Shown: in pieces, positions 41,657 to 57,300 of the stretch
How the letters are laid out: the number at the start of each line of letters is the position of its first letter
How positions within the stretch are numbered: position 1 is the first letter of the stretch
NCBI RefSeq assembly: GCF_009914755.1
Contig: NC_060940.1
Direction: 5' to 3' (one strand)
DNA: 64,000 nucleotides
Origin: the human T2T-CHM13v2.0 reference genome, Homo sapiens
Program-made: the position numbers and the translations under genes
Notes under the pieces: generated by a model
Told to the model about the DNA's origin: nothing
The model's database searches: none
Seen by the model: only the letters and a program-made list of their open reading frames with translations

Positions 41657-44600
41657 CGATTCCATTCTATGATGATTCCATTCGAGTCCATTTGATGATT
41701 CCATTCAATTCAAGTCAATGATGATTCCATTCGATTCCATTCGATGATTCCATTGGATTCCATTCGATGATGATTCCATTCAAATCCATTCGATAATTCA
41801 ATTCACGTCCATTCGATGATGATTCCAATCGAATCCATTCAAAGATTCCATTCAATTCCATTCGATGATTCCCTTAGATTCCATTCGATGATTCCACTTG
41901 ATTCCATTTACGATGATTCCATTCGATTCCATGTGATGATTCCATTCAATTCTATTCAATGATGTTTCCATTTGATTCCATTCGACCATGATTGCCTTTG
42001 ATTCCATTCAATGATTCCATTCGGTTCCGTTTGATGATGATTCCGTTCGATTCCATTTGATGATTCCATTTGATTCCATTGGATGAGTCCATTCGATTAC
42101 ATTCGATGATTATTCCATTCGAGTGCATTAGATGATTCCATTCGAGTCCATTCGATGATTCCATTCGAGTCCATTCGATGATTCCATTCGATTCCATTCG
42201 ATGTTGATTCTGTTCAAATCCATTCGATGATTCCACTCGATTCCATTCGATGACTCCATTTGATCCCATTCGATGATTTCCTTTGATTCCCTTTGATGAT
42301 CATTCCATTTGATTCAATTCGGTGATTTCATTTGATTCCATTCAGTGATGTTTCCATTCGACTCCATTCGATGATGATTCCATTCGACTACATTCGATTA
42401 TGATTTCATTCAATTCCATTCGATAAAGATTCCCTTCGAGTCCAATCGATGATTCCATTCGATTCCATTCAACGATGATTTGATTCGTGTCCATTCGATG
42501 ATTCCATTTGATTCCACTTGATGAGGATTCCATTCGAGTCCATTTGATGATTTCATTCAATTCCATTCTCCGATGATTTCTTTTGAGCCCATTCAATGCT
42601 TCCACTCGATTACATATGATGATGACTCCATTCGATGAAACTCGATGATGATTCCATTCGCTTGCATTCGATGATGATTCCACTTGAGTCCGTTAGAAGA
42701 TTCTATTCAATTACATTCCATGACGATTCTGTTCGAGTCCATTTGATGATTCCATTACACTCCATTCGACAATGATTCCATTCAATGTTATTCGATGATT
42801 CCATTCGATCTCATTCGATGATGATTCCATTCAAGTCCATTCGATGTTTCCATTCGAGTTCATTCTATTATTCCATTAGATTCCATTCGATGATGATTCC
42901 ATTCGATTCCATTTGATGATTGCATTCTATTTCATTTGATGATGATTCCATTCGAGTCCATTCGATGATTCCATTCGAGTCCATTTAATGAATCCATTGG
43001 TTTCAATTCTATGATGATTATATTGGATTCCATTCGTTGATGATTTCATTCGATTCCATTCAATGATGATTCCATTCAATTCCATTCAATGATTCCATTC
43101 AATTCCATACGATGATGATTCCATTTGATTTGATTCGACAGTGAGCCATTCGATTCAATTCCATGATGATTCTGTTTGATTCACTTGGTTGACATTTCCA
43201 TTCGATTCCATTCGATGATGATTCCATTTGATTCCATTCAAAGATGATTCCATTCTAGCCCATTCAATCATTCCATTCGATTCTATTCAATGATGATTCC
43301 ACTCATGTCGATTTGGTGATTCCATTTGACTTCATTTGATGATGATTCCTTTCAAGTTCATTAGATGATTCCATTCGATTCCATTTGATGATGATCCCAT
43401 TCGAGTCCATTCAGTGATTCCACTCGTTTCCATTCCATGATGATTCCATTCCATTCCATTCAATGATTCCATTCGATTCCGTTTGATGATGATTTCATTC
43501 GAGTCCATTTGATGATTCCATTTGATTCCATTCGATGATGATTCCATTCGAGTCCATTCGATGATTCTATTCGAATCCATTTGATGATTTCTTTTGATTA
43601 TATTTGGTGATGATTCCATTGGAGTCCATTCAATGATTCCATTCGATTCCAATCGATGGTGGTTCCATTAGAGTCCATTTAATGATTCCATTTGATTCCA
43701 GTCTCTGATGTTTACATTCGAGTCCATACGATGATTCCACTCAATTCCATATGATGATGATTCCATTCGATTCCATTCGATGATTCCATTCTATTCTATT
43801 CAATGGTGATTCCATTCGAGTACATTAGATGATTCCATTCGATTCCATTCAATGATGATTCTATTTGTGTCCCTTAGATGATTCCACATGATTCCATTAG
43901 ATGATGATACTATTTGAGCCCATCCAATGATTCCCTTCGATTCCATTCGATGAGGATTCCATTCGATTCAATTCATTGGTGATTCTATTCAATTCAATTC
44001 TTTGATTCAATTCCATTCCATTCGACAATGATTCCATTCGATTTCTTTCGATGATTCCACTCGATTCCACTTGACATTGATTCCATTCGATTCCATTCAA
44101 TGATTCCATTTGATTCCAGTGGATGATGATTGCCATCGATTCCATTTGATCACTCCATTCTATTCCATTTGATGATGATTACATTCGATTCCATTTGATG
44201 ATTCCATCTGATTCTATTCGAGGATTCCATTTGATTCCATTCGATGATGATTCCATTCGAGTCCATTCGATGATTTCATTCGAGTACATCCAATGATTCC
44301 ATTCGAGTCCATTTGATGATTCCATTTCATTCCATTTGATTATGATTCTACTAGAGTCCATTCAATGACTCCATTCGAGTCCATTCAACAATTCCATCCG
44401 AGTCCATTCGATGATTCCATTCGATTCCATTTGATGATTCCATTCGAGTCCATTTAATCATTACAGTCGAGTCCATTTGGTGATTCCACTGGATTTCTTT
44501 TGATAATGATACCATTCAATTACATTTGATGATGATCCCATTCAATTTCATTTGACGATGATTCCATTAGAGTCCATTCCATGATTTCATTCGAGTCCCT

Positions 44601-47600
44601 TCATTGATTCCATCCGATTTCATTTCATGATGACTCCATTCGAGTCCATTCGATGATTCCACTCGATTCCATTAGATGATTCCATTGGAGTCCATTTGAT
44701 TGTTCCATTCGATTCCATTCGATTCCTTTCGAAGATTATTCCATTTGAGTCCATTCGATGATGATTCCATTCCATTCCATTCGATGATTCCGTTTGATTC
44801 CATTCGATGATTCCCTGCGATTCCTTTCTATGATGATTCCATTCCATTCCATTCAATGATTCCATTCGAATCTATTCCATGATGATTCCTTTCGATTCCA
44901 TTCGCTGATGTTTCCGTTCAATTCCATTCGATGATGATTCCATTCGATTCCATTCATTGAGGATTCCATTTGATTCCATTCAATGATGATTCCATTCTAT
45001 TCCATTCAATGATTGCATTCAATTCCATTCAATGATTATGCCATTAGAGTAAATTCAACGATTCCATTCAATACCATTCGATGATGATTCCTTTTGAGTC
45101 CATTCAATGATTTCATTCAAGTCCATTTGATGATTCCTTTCAATTCCATTCCATGATGATTCCATTCGAGTCCATTCGATGATTCCATTCGATTGCATTC
45201 GATGATTCCATTATATTCCATTCAACGATGATTCCATTCGAGTCCATTCGATGATTCCATTAGAGTACATTTAATGATTGCTTTGTTTTCAATTCGAAGA
45301 TGATTACATTGGATTCCATTCTATGATTCCATTCGATTCCATTCATTGATGATTCCACCCAATTCCATTCGATGATGATTCCATTCGATTTCATTCAATG
45401 ATTCTACTCGATTCCATTCAATGATGATTCAATTCTATTCCGTTTGATGATTCCATTAGATTCCATTCTATGATGATTCCATTCGAGTCCATTCGAAGAT
45501 TTCATTCGATTACATTCCATGACGATTCCATTCGAGTCCATTCGATGATTCCATTTGAATCCATTCGACGATGATTCCATTTGATGCTATTCGATGATTC
45601 CATTGGATTCCATTCGATGATGATTCCATTCGACTTGATTTGATGTTTCTATTTGAGTCCATTCGGTTATTTTATTAGACTACATTCGATGATGATTCCA
45701 TTCGATGCCATTCAATGATTCCATTTGATTCCACTCAATGATGATTGCATTCGTGTCCATTCGATGATTCCATTTGGTTCCATTTGATGATGATTCCATT
45801 CGAGTCCATTCGATGATACCATTCAATTCCATTCGATGATCATTCCATTCGAATCCATTTGATGATTCCACTCAATTCCATTTGATGACTCCTTTCATTC
45901 CCATTCGATGATTCCCTTCAGTTCCAATTGGATGATCTTTCCATTTGATTCAATATGGTGACTCCATTCTATTATATTCAATGATGATTCCATTCGACTC
46001 CATTAGATGATGACTCCATTCCATTCCATTCGATTGTGATTTCATTCGATTCCATTCGAAGATGATTCCATTCGAGTCCATTTGATGATTCCATTCGATT
46101 CCATTCAATGATGATTCCACTCAAATCCATTGGATGATTCCATTCGTTTCCAATTGGTGATTTCATTAGATTCCATTCGAGGATGATTCTATTCGAGTCC
46201 ATTCAATGATTCCATTGGATTCCGTTTGATAATGATTCCATTAGAGTTCATTCGATGATTCCCTTCGAGTCCATTCGATTATTTCTTTTGATTCCATTTG
46301 ATGATGATTCCATTCGATTCCATTCAATGATTCCATTCCATTCCATTCGATGATGATTCCATTCGATAAAGATTACATTCGAGCCCATGTGATGATTCCA
46401 TTAGATTCTATTCAATGATGATTCCATTCGACCACATTCGATGATGGCATTCGAGTCCATTCGATGATTTCACTCGATTCCACTTGATGATGATTCCTTT
46501 TGAGTCCATTTGATGATTACATTCGAGTCCATGAGATGACTCCATTCGATTCCATTTCATGATGATGCAATTCGAGGCTATTCGATCATCCCATTTTAGT
46601 GCATTCGGTGATTCTCTTTTATTACATTCGATGAGGGCTCCATTCGAGTCCATTCAATGATTCCATTAGATTCCACTCGATGATGATTCCATTTGAGTCC
46701 ATTCAAAGATTCCTTTCGAGTCCATTCGATAATTCTATTGGATTCCACTAGGTGATGATTCCTTTCGAGTCAATTCGATGATTCCTTTCAAGTGCCTTCA
46801 ATGATTCCATTCGATTCCATTCGATGACGATTCATTTCAAGTCCATTCAATGGTTCCATTCTGTTGAATTTGATGGTTCCATTTGATTCCATTCGATGAT
46901 GATTCCATTCGTGTCCATTGGATGATTCCATTCGATTCCTTTCGAGGAAGATTCCATTCGACTCCATTCGATGATTCTGTTCGATTCCATTCCATGATGA
47001 TTCCATTTGATTCCATTCCATGATTCCATTCGATACCATTTGATGATGATTCCATTCGACTCCATTTGATGAATCCATTCAATGCTTCCATTCGAGTCCA
47101 TTCGATGATTCCATTCGATTCCATTCCATGAAGATTCCATTCGAGTACATTTGATGATTCCATTTAATTCCATAGGATGATGATTCTATTAGGGTCCGTT
47201 GACTATTCCATTCAATTCCATTCGAAGATTCCATTCGAGTCCACTCGATGATTCTATTTGATTCCATTTGATAATTCCATTCGATTCCATTTGATGTTGA
47301 TTCCATTCGAGTCCATTCGATCATTATTACATTTGATTCTATTCGATGATTCCATTCGATTCCATTTGATGAGGATTCCATTCGAGACCATTTGATGATT
47401 CCATTCAATTCCATTGGATGATTCCAATATTTTCCATTAGATGATGATTCCATTCGATTCCATTCAATGATGATTCCATCAGAATCCATTCGATGATGAC
47501 TCCTTTTGCTTCCATTCAATGATCATTACATTCGGTTCCATTCGATGATGATTCCTTTGGATTCCATTCGATGATGCTTCCATTCGATTCCATTTGATGA

Positions 47601-50600
47601 TGATTCTTTTCGATTCCATTTGATGATGATTCCATTTGATTCCATTCGATGGTGATTCCATTTGATGATTCCATTCGATTGTATTCGATGATGATTCCAC
47701 TCGATTCTATTTGATGATGACTGCATTCGATTCCATTTGATGATTCCATTTGATTCCATTCGATGATGATTCTGATCAATTGCATTCGATGATCCATTCG
47801 ATTCCATTTGATGGTTCCATTTGATTCCATTTGATAATGATTCCTTTCGAGTCCATTCGATGATTCCATTTGCGGATATTCGATAATTCCATTTGAGTCC
47901 AACCGATGATTCCATTCGAGGCCATTCAATCATTCTTTTTGAGTCCTTTCGATAAAGATTCCATTTTAGTCCATTCAATAATTCCACTGGAGTCCATTCG
48001 ATGATTGCTTTTAATTCCATTCGATGATATTCCATTCGAGTCCATTCGATGATTCCATTCGTTGCTACTAGATGATGATTCCATTCATGACCATTTAGTG
48101 ATTCCATTCGATTTCATTCGTTGATGATTCCATTCGAGTCCATTCCATGATTCCATTCAAGTCCATTTGATGATTTCTTTGAATTCAATTCGATGATGAT
48201 TCCATTCGAGTCCATTCGATGATTCCATTCAGTTCCATTCGATGATGATTCCTTTCGAGACCATATGATGATTCCATTTGATTTCATTCGATGATGATTC
48301 CATTCGATTCCATTCGATGATTCCATTCTATTCCATTCGATGATGATTCCATTCGAGTCCATTTAATGATTCCATTGGGTTCAATTCAATGATGATTACA
48401 TTGGATTCTCTTCTATGATACCATTCAATTCCGTTCATTGACAATTTGATTCCATTCGATGATGATTCCATTTGAGTTCATTCGATGATTCTATTCGATT
48501 CTCTTCGATGGTGATTCAATTCTATTATATTGGATGATTCCATTCGATTCCATTTGATGTTGATTCAATTCGATTCTATTCGATGATGATTCCATTGGAT
48601 TTCATTTGATGATTCTATTCGATTCCATTCAATGATGATTCACTTCTCGTCCATTGGATGATTCCATTTCATTCCATTCGATGATGATTCCATTTGATTC
48701 CATTCGATGATTCCATTTGATTCCATTCGACGGTGAGCAATTCGATTCAATTCCATGATGATTCTATTTGATTCAGTTAGATGATGTTTCCATTCGAATC
48801 CATTCCATGATTATTCCATTGGAATCCATTCGGCGATGATTCCATATGAGTCAATTCAATGATGATTCCATATGGGTCAGTTCGATGATAATTCCATTTG
48901 ATTTCATTCGATGCTTCTATTCAATTCCAGTCGATGATGATTCCGTTGGAGTCCATACGATGACTCCATTTGATTTCATTTGATGATGATTCCATTCGAT
49001 TCCATTCGATGACTCCATTCTGTTCCATTCGATGATGATTCCATTCGAGTCCATTCGATGATTCCATTCGAGTCCATTTCATGATTCCATTGGGTTCAAT
49101 TCGATGATGATTACACTGGATTCCATTCTATGATTCCATTCAATTCCATTCGTTGATGATTCGATTCCATTCAATGATGATTCCATTTGAGTTCATTCGA
49201 TGATTCTATTCGATTCCGTTCGATGGTGATTCAATTCTATTATATTGGATGATTCCATTCGATTCCATTTGATGATGATTCCATTCGATTCCATTCGATG
49301 ATGATTCCATTTGATTCCATTTGATGTTGATTCTATTCGATTCTATTCAATGATGATTCCATTCGATTTCATTTGATGATTCTATTCGATTCCTTTCGAT
49401 GATTCTATTCCATTCCATTCGATGATGATTCAATTCTCTTCCATTGGATGATTCCATTTTATTCCATTCGACGATGACTCCATTTGATTCCATTCAATGA
49501 TGATTCCATTCGATTCCATTCGGTGATTCCATTTGATTCCATTCGACGGTGAGCAATTTGATTCAATTCCATAATGATTCTATTTGATTCAATTAGATGA
49601 TGTTTCCATTCGAATCCATTCGGTGATGATTCCATTGGTATCCATTCGACGATGATTCCATATGAGTCAATTCGATGATGATTCCATACGAGTCCGTTGG
49701 ATGATAATTCCATTTGATTTCATTCAATCCTTCTATTCGATTCCATTTGATGATGATTCCATCTGAATCCATTCTCCGATTCCATTCGATTTCATTCGAT
49801 GCTTCTATTTGATTTCATTCGAAGATGATTCCTTTCAATTCCGTTCATTAATTCCATTTGATTCCATTCGATGATGATTCCATCCGATTCCATTGGATGA
49901 TGATTCCATTCGAGTCCATTCGATGATTCCGTTCTAATCCATTCTATGATTCCATTCGAGTCCATTCGATGATTCCATTCGATTCCATTCAGTGATGATT
50001 CCATTTGATTCCATCTGATGATGATTTCATTTGATTCCATTCGATGATGATTCCATTGGAGTCCATTGAATGATTCAATTCAATTCCATTCCATGTGGAT
50101 TCCATTCGAATTCATTCGATTATTCCCTTCAAATCCCTTCGTTGATTCCATCTGATTCCACTTGACGATGATTCCATTCAAGTCCAATCGATGATTCCAT
50201 TCGGTTCCATTCAATGATTCCATTCGAGTCCATTTATGTATTATATTCGTGTCCACTTGATGACTCCATTCAATTCCATTTAATGATGATTCCATTTGAT
50301 TCCATTTGATGATTCAGTTCGATTCCTTACAATGATTCCCTACGATTCCTTTCTATGATGATTCCATTCGATTCCATTCATTGATGATTCCATTCGACTC
50401 CATTCAATGATGATTCCTTTCGATTCCATTTGACGATGTTTCCATTTGAGTCCATTCGATGATGATTCCATTGGTATCCATTCGACGATGATTCCATATG
50501 AGTCAATTCGATGATGATTCCATACGAGTCCGTTGGATGATAATTCCATTTGATTTCATTCAATCCTTCTATTCGATTCCATTTGATGATGATTCCATCT

Positions 50601-53600
50601 GAATCCATTCTCCGATTCCATTCGATTTCATTCGATGCTTCTATTTGATTTCATTCGAAGATGATTCCTTTCAATTCCATTCATTAATTCCATTTGATTC
50701 CATTCGATGATGATTCCATCCAATTCCATTGGATGATGATTCCATTCGAGTCCATTCGATGATTCCGTTCTAATCCATTCTATGATTCCATTCGAGTCCA
50801 TTCGATGATTCCATTCGATTCCATTCAGTGATGATTCCATTTGATTCCATCTGATGATGATTTCATTTGATTCCATTCGATGATGATTCCATTGGAGTCC
50901 ATTGAATGATTCAATTCAATTCCATTCCATGTGGATTCCATTCGAATTCATTCGATTATTCCATTCAAATCCCTTCGTTGATTCCATCTGATTCCACTTG
51001 ACGATGATTCCATTCAAGTCCAATCGATGATTCCATTCGGTTCCATTCAATGATTCCATTCGAGTCCATTTATGTATTATATTCGTGTCCACTTGATGAC
51101 TCACTCCATTCAATTCCATTTAATGATGATTCCATTTGATTCCATTTGATGATTCAGTTCGATTCCTTACAATGATTCCCTACGATTCCTTTCTATGATG
51201 ATTCCATTCGATTCCATTCATTGATGATTCCATTCGACTCCATTCGATGATGATTCCTTTCGATTCCATTTGACGATGTTTCCATTTGAGTCCATTCGAT
51301 GATGATTCAATTCAGTTCTGTTCTATTGTGAATCCATTCGATTTCATTCAATGCTTCTATTTGATTCCATTCGACGATGATTCCATCTCTTTCCCTTCGA
51401 TGATTCCATTTGATTCCATTCAGTGATGATTCCATTTGATTCCATCTGATGATGATTTCACTTGATTCATTTCAATGATGATTCCATTCAAGTCCATTCG
51501 ATGATTCCATTGGAGTCCAAACGATCATTCCATTCGATTCCATTCAATGATGATTCCATTCATGTCCATTCAATGAATCCTTTCAATTCCATTCGATGAT
51601 GACTCCATTCGAGTACATTCGATGATTCCATTTGATTCCATTTGATGATGATTACATTCAATTCCATTCGAAGATGATTCCATTCAATTCCACTTGATGA
51701 TGATTCCGTATGAATCCATTCGCTGATTATTCCATTCGATTCCATTCATTGACGATTCCATTCGATTCCATTCAATGATGATTCTCTTCTATTGCATTCG
51801 ATGATTCCGTTCGATTCCATTCGATGATGATTCCATTAGATTCCATTCGATTGTTGCATTCGATTCCCTTCGATGATGATTCCTTTGAATTCCATTCGAT
51901 TATGATTCCGTATGAATCCATTTGATGATTATTCCATTGGATTCCTTTCGATGATGATTCCATTCGATTCCATTTGATGATGTTTCTCATGTATTCCATT
52001 TGATAATTCCTTTCAATTCCCTTCGATGATGATTCTTTCGAGTCAATTCGATGACTCTATTCCATTCCCTTCGATGATGATTCCATTTCACTCCATTCGA
52101 TGATTCCATTCGATTCAATTTGGTGATGATTCAATTCGATGACATTCGATGACTCCATTCAATTTCATTTGATGATGATTACATTCGAGTCCATTTGATG
52201 ATTGTATTCCTTTCCTTTTGATGATTATTCCATTCGTGTCTATTCAAAGATTCCATTCTATTCCATTCAATGATGATTCCAATTGATTCCATTCAATGAT
52301 TATGGCTATCGATTCCACTCGTTGATTCCATTTGATTCCATTCGATGATTATTCCGTTAGATTCCATTAGGAGATTCCATTCGATTTTATTCAATGATTC
52401 CAATTGATTCCATTCAATGATGATTCCATTCCACTCCGTTCAGTGATTCCATTTGAGTCCATTTGAGGATTCCATTCGAGTCCATTTGATGATTCCATTC
52501 TTTTCCATTTGATGATGATTCCATTAGGGTCCATTCAATGATTCCATTCGAGTCCATTCGTTAATGCCTTTCGAGTCCTTTTGATCACTACATTCGAGTC
52601 CATTCAATGATTCTATTCGATTCCATTCCATGATGATTCCATTCGAGTTCATTCGATGATTGCATTCGAGTCCATTTGATGATTCCATATGATTCCATTC
52701 GACAATGATTCCATTCGTGTCCATTTGATGATTCCATTCATTTCCTATCGATGAAGATTCCATTCGAGTGTATTCGATGATTCCATTCAAATCCATTCGA
52801 TGATGATTCCATTCCAGTCCATTCGATCATTCCACTTGATTCCATTTGATGACTATTCCATTCAAATCCATTTGATGATTCCATTCGATTCCATTCGATG
52901 TTACCATTCCAGTATATACGATGATTCCACTCGATTCCATTTGATGATTATTCCATTGGAGTCGACTTAGTGAATCCTTTAGATTCTACTCGAAGATGAT
53001 TCCATTCGAGTCCATTCGATGATACCATTCAATTCCATTCGTTGATGCTTCCATTCAAGTGCATTCGATGATATCATTCGATTCCATTTGATGATAATTC
53101 CATTTGATTCCATGTGATGATTCTATTCCATTCCATTCAATGATAATTCCATTCAATTCAGTGATTCCTCTGGACTCCATTTGATGATGATTCCATTCAA
53201 TGATTCCATTCGATTCTATTCGAAAATGATTCCATTTGAATCCATTTGATGATGATTCCATTCGATTCCATTTGATGATTCCATTCGATTCCATTCGACG
53301 ATGATTCCATTCGATTCCATTTGATGATTCCATTATATTCTATTCGATGATGATTCCATTCGATTCCATTCGATGATGATTGGATTCGATTCCATTTGAT
53401 GATTTCATTTGATTCCATTCGATGATGATTTTGATCAATTCCATTCGATGATTCCATTCGATTCCATTTGATAATGATTACATCCGAGTCCATTCGATGA
53501 TTCCATTTGAGCCCGTTCGATAATTCCATTTGAGTCCAATCAATGATTCCATTCATTTCCATTCAATGATTCCATTCGAGTCCATTTGATCATTCCGGTA

Positions 53601-54325
53601 GGGTCCGTTCGATGTTGATTCCATTGGAGTGCATTCGATGATTCCATTCGAGTCCATTTTAGGATTTGATTCGAGTCCTTTCGATGATTCCATTCGATTC
53701 CACTCGATGCGATGATGATTTCATTCGAGTCCATTCGACACTTCCAATCGATTCCATTTGATGTTTCCATTCGAGTCCAATTGATGATTCCATTCAATTC
53801 CATTCGATGATGATTCCGTACGATTCCATTCTGTGATGATTCCATGTGATTGCATTCAATGATGATTCCTTTCGATTGCATTCGATTATGATTCATTTCG
53901 TGTTCATTCTATGGTTCCACAGGTTTCACATCGTGTCCATTCCATTATTCCATTCTATTCCATTTGATGATGATTCCATTCGATTCCATTCATTGGTGAT
54001 TCCACTCAATTCCATTCAATGATTCCATTCCATTTCTTTCAACAATGATTCCATTAGTTTCTAATCGATGATCCACTTGATTCCATTTGACGATGATTCC
54101 ATTCTTGTCCATTCGATGATTCCATTTGATTCCATATGATGATGATTCCATTCGATTCCATATGATGATGATGCCATTCGAGTCCATTCAATGGTGATTC
54201 CATTCAATTCCATTCGGTGATTCCTTTCGATTCCATTTGATGATGATGGCATTCGATTCCTTTCAATCATTCCCTTTGATTCCACTCAAAGTTGATTTCA
54301 TTCAAGTCCATTCGATAATTGCATT
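41657..54325 (+). repeat. 12.7-kb higher-order unit, full copy 3 (12,669 bp)
   Basis: Offset to copy 2 changes from 12665 to 12669 at a 4-bp difference near 45392 (gatttcattcaatg versus gatttcaatg). Confidence 0.93.
49625..51300 (+). repeat. Nested 836/840-bp tandem duplication in 12.7-kb copy 3
   Basis: ORF markers 49792/50628 and 50080/50916 (+836). Confidence 0.9.
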
Positions 54326-57300
54326 CGATTCCATTCTATGATGATTCCATTCGAGTCCATTTGATGATTCCATTCAATTCAAGTCAATGATGATTCCATT
54401 CGATTCCATTCGATGATTCCATTGGATTCCATTCGATGATGATTCCATTCAAATCCATTCGATAATTCAATTCACGTCCATTCGATGATGATTCCAATCG
54501 AATCCATTCAAAGATTCCATTCAATTCCATTCGATGATTCCCTTAGATTCCATTCGATGATTCCACTTGATTCCATTTACGATGATTCCATTCGATTCCA
54601 TGTGATGATTCCATTCAATTCTATTCAATGATGTTTCCATTTGATTCCATTCGACCATGATTGCCTTTGATTCCATTCAATGATTCCATTCGGTTCCGTT
54701 TGATGATGATTCCGTTCGATTCCATTTGATGATTCCATTTGATTCCATTGGATGAGTCCATTCGATTACATTCGATGATTATTCCATTCGAGTGCATTAG
54801 ATGATTCCATTCGAGTCCATTCGATGATTCCATTCGAGTCCATTCGATGTTGATTCTGTTCAAATCCATTCGATGATTCCACTCGATTCCATTCGATGAC
54901 TCCATTTGATCCCATTCTATGATTTCCTTTGATTCCCTTTGATGATCATTCCATTTGATTCAATTCGGTGATTTCATTGGATTCCATTCAGTGATGTTTC
55001 CATTCGACTCCATTCGATGATGATTCCATTCGACTACATTTGATTATGATTTCATTCAATTCCATTCGATAAAGATTCCCTTCGAGTCCAATCGATGATT
55101 CCATTCGATTCCATTCAACGATGATTTGATTCGTGTCCATTCGATGATTCCATTTGATTCCACTTGATGAGGATTCCATTCGACTCCATTTGATGATTCC
55201 ATTCAATTCCATTCTCCGATGATTTCTTTTGAGCCCATTCAATGCTTCCACTCGATTACATATGATGATGACTCCATTCGATGAAACTCGATGATGATTC
55301 CTTTCGCTTGCATTCGATGATGATTCCACTTGAGTCCGTTAGAAGATTCTATTCAATTACATTCCATGACGATTCCGTTCGAGTCCATTTGATGATTCCA
55401 TTACACTCCATTCGACAATGATTCCATTCAATGTTATTCGATGATTCCATTCGATCTCATTCGATGATGATTCCATTCAACTCCATTCGATGTTTCCATT
55501 CGAGTTCATTCTATTATTCCATTAGATTCCATTCGATGATGATTCCATTCGATTCCATTTGATGATTGCATTCTATTTCATTTGATGATGTTTCCATTCG
55601 AGTCCATTCGATGATTCCATTCGAGTCCATTTAATGAATCCATTGGTTTCAATTCTATGATGATTATATTGGATTCCATTCGTTGATGATTTCATTCGAT
55701 TCCATTCAATGATGATTCCATTCAATTCCATTCAATGATTCCATTCAATTCCATACGATGATGATTCCATTTGATTTGATTCAACAGTGAGCCATTCGAT
55801 TCAATTCCATGATGATTCTATTTGATTCACTTGGTTGACATTTCCATTCGGTTCCATTCGATGATGATTCCATTTGATTCCATTCAAAGATGATTCCATT
55901 CTAGCCCATTCAATCATTCCATTCGATTCTATTCAATGATGATTCCATTCATGTCGATTTGGTGATTCCATTTGACTTCATTTGATGATGATTCCTTTCA
56001 AGTTCATTAGATGATTCCATTCGATTCCATTTGATGATGATCCCATTCGAGTCCATTCAGTGATTCCACTCGTTTCCATTCCATGATGATTCCATTCCAT
56101 TCCATTCAATGATTCCATTCGATTCCGTTTGATGATGATTTCATTCGAGTCCATTTGATGATTCCATTTGATTCCATTCGATGATGATTCCATTCGAGTC
56201 CATTCGATGATTCTATTCGAATCCATTTGATGATTTCTTTTGATTATATTTGGTGATGATTCCATTGGAGTCCATTCAATGATTCCATTCGACTCCAATC
56301 GATGGTGGTTCCATTAGAGTCCATTTAATGATTCCATTTGATTCCAGTCTCTGATGTTTACATTCGAGTCCATACGATGATTCCACTCAATTCCATATGA
56401 TGATGATTCCATTCGATTCCATTCGATGATTCCATTCTATTCTATTCAAAGGTGATTCCATTCGAGTACATTAGATGATTCCATTCGATTCCATTCAATG
56501 ATGATTCTATTTGTGTCCCTTAGATGATTCCACATGATTCCATTAGATGATGATACTATTTGAGCCCATCCAATGATTCCCTTCGATTCCATTCGATGAG
56601 GATTCCATTCGATTCAATTCATTGGTGATTCTATTCAATTCAATTCTTTGATTCAATTCCATTCCATTCGACAATGATTCCATTCGATTTCTTTCGATGA
56701 TTCCACTCAATTTCACTTGACATTGATTCCATTCGATTCCATTCAATGATTCCATTTGATTCCAGTGGATGATGATTGCCGTCGATTCCATTCGATCACT
56801 CCATTCTGTTCCATTTGATGATGATTACATTCGATTCCATTTGATGATTCCATCTGATTCTATTCGAGGATTCCATTTGATTCCATTCGATGATGATTCC
56901 ATTCGAGTCCATTCGATGATTTCATTCGAGTACATCCAATGAGTCCATTCGAGTCCATTTGATGATTCCATTTCATTCCATTTGATTATGATTCTACTAG
57001 AGTCCATTCAATGACTCCATTCGAGTCCATTCAACAGTTCCATCCGAGTCCATTCGATGATTCCATTCGATTCCATTTGATCATTCCATTCGAGTACATT
57101 TAATCATTACAGTCGAGTCCATTTGGTGATTCCACTGGATTTCATTTGATAATGATACCATTCAATTACATTTGATGATGATCCCATTCAATTTCATTTG
57201 ATGATGATTCCATTAGAGTCCATTCCATGATTTCATTCGAGTCCCTTCATTGATTCCATCCGATTTCATTTCATGATGACTCCATTCGAGTCCATTCGAT

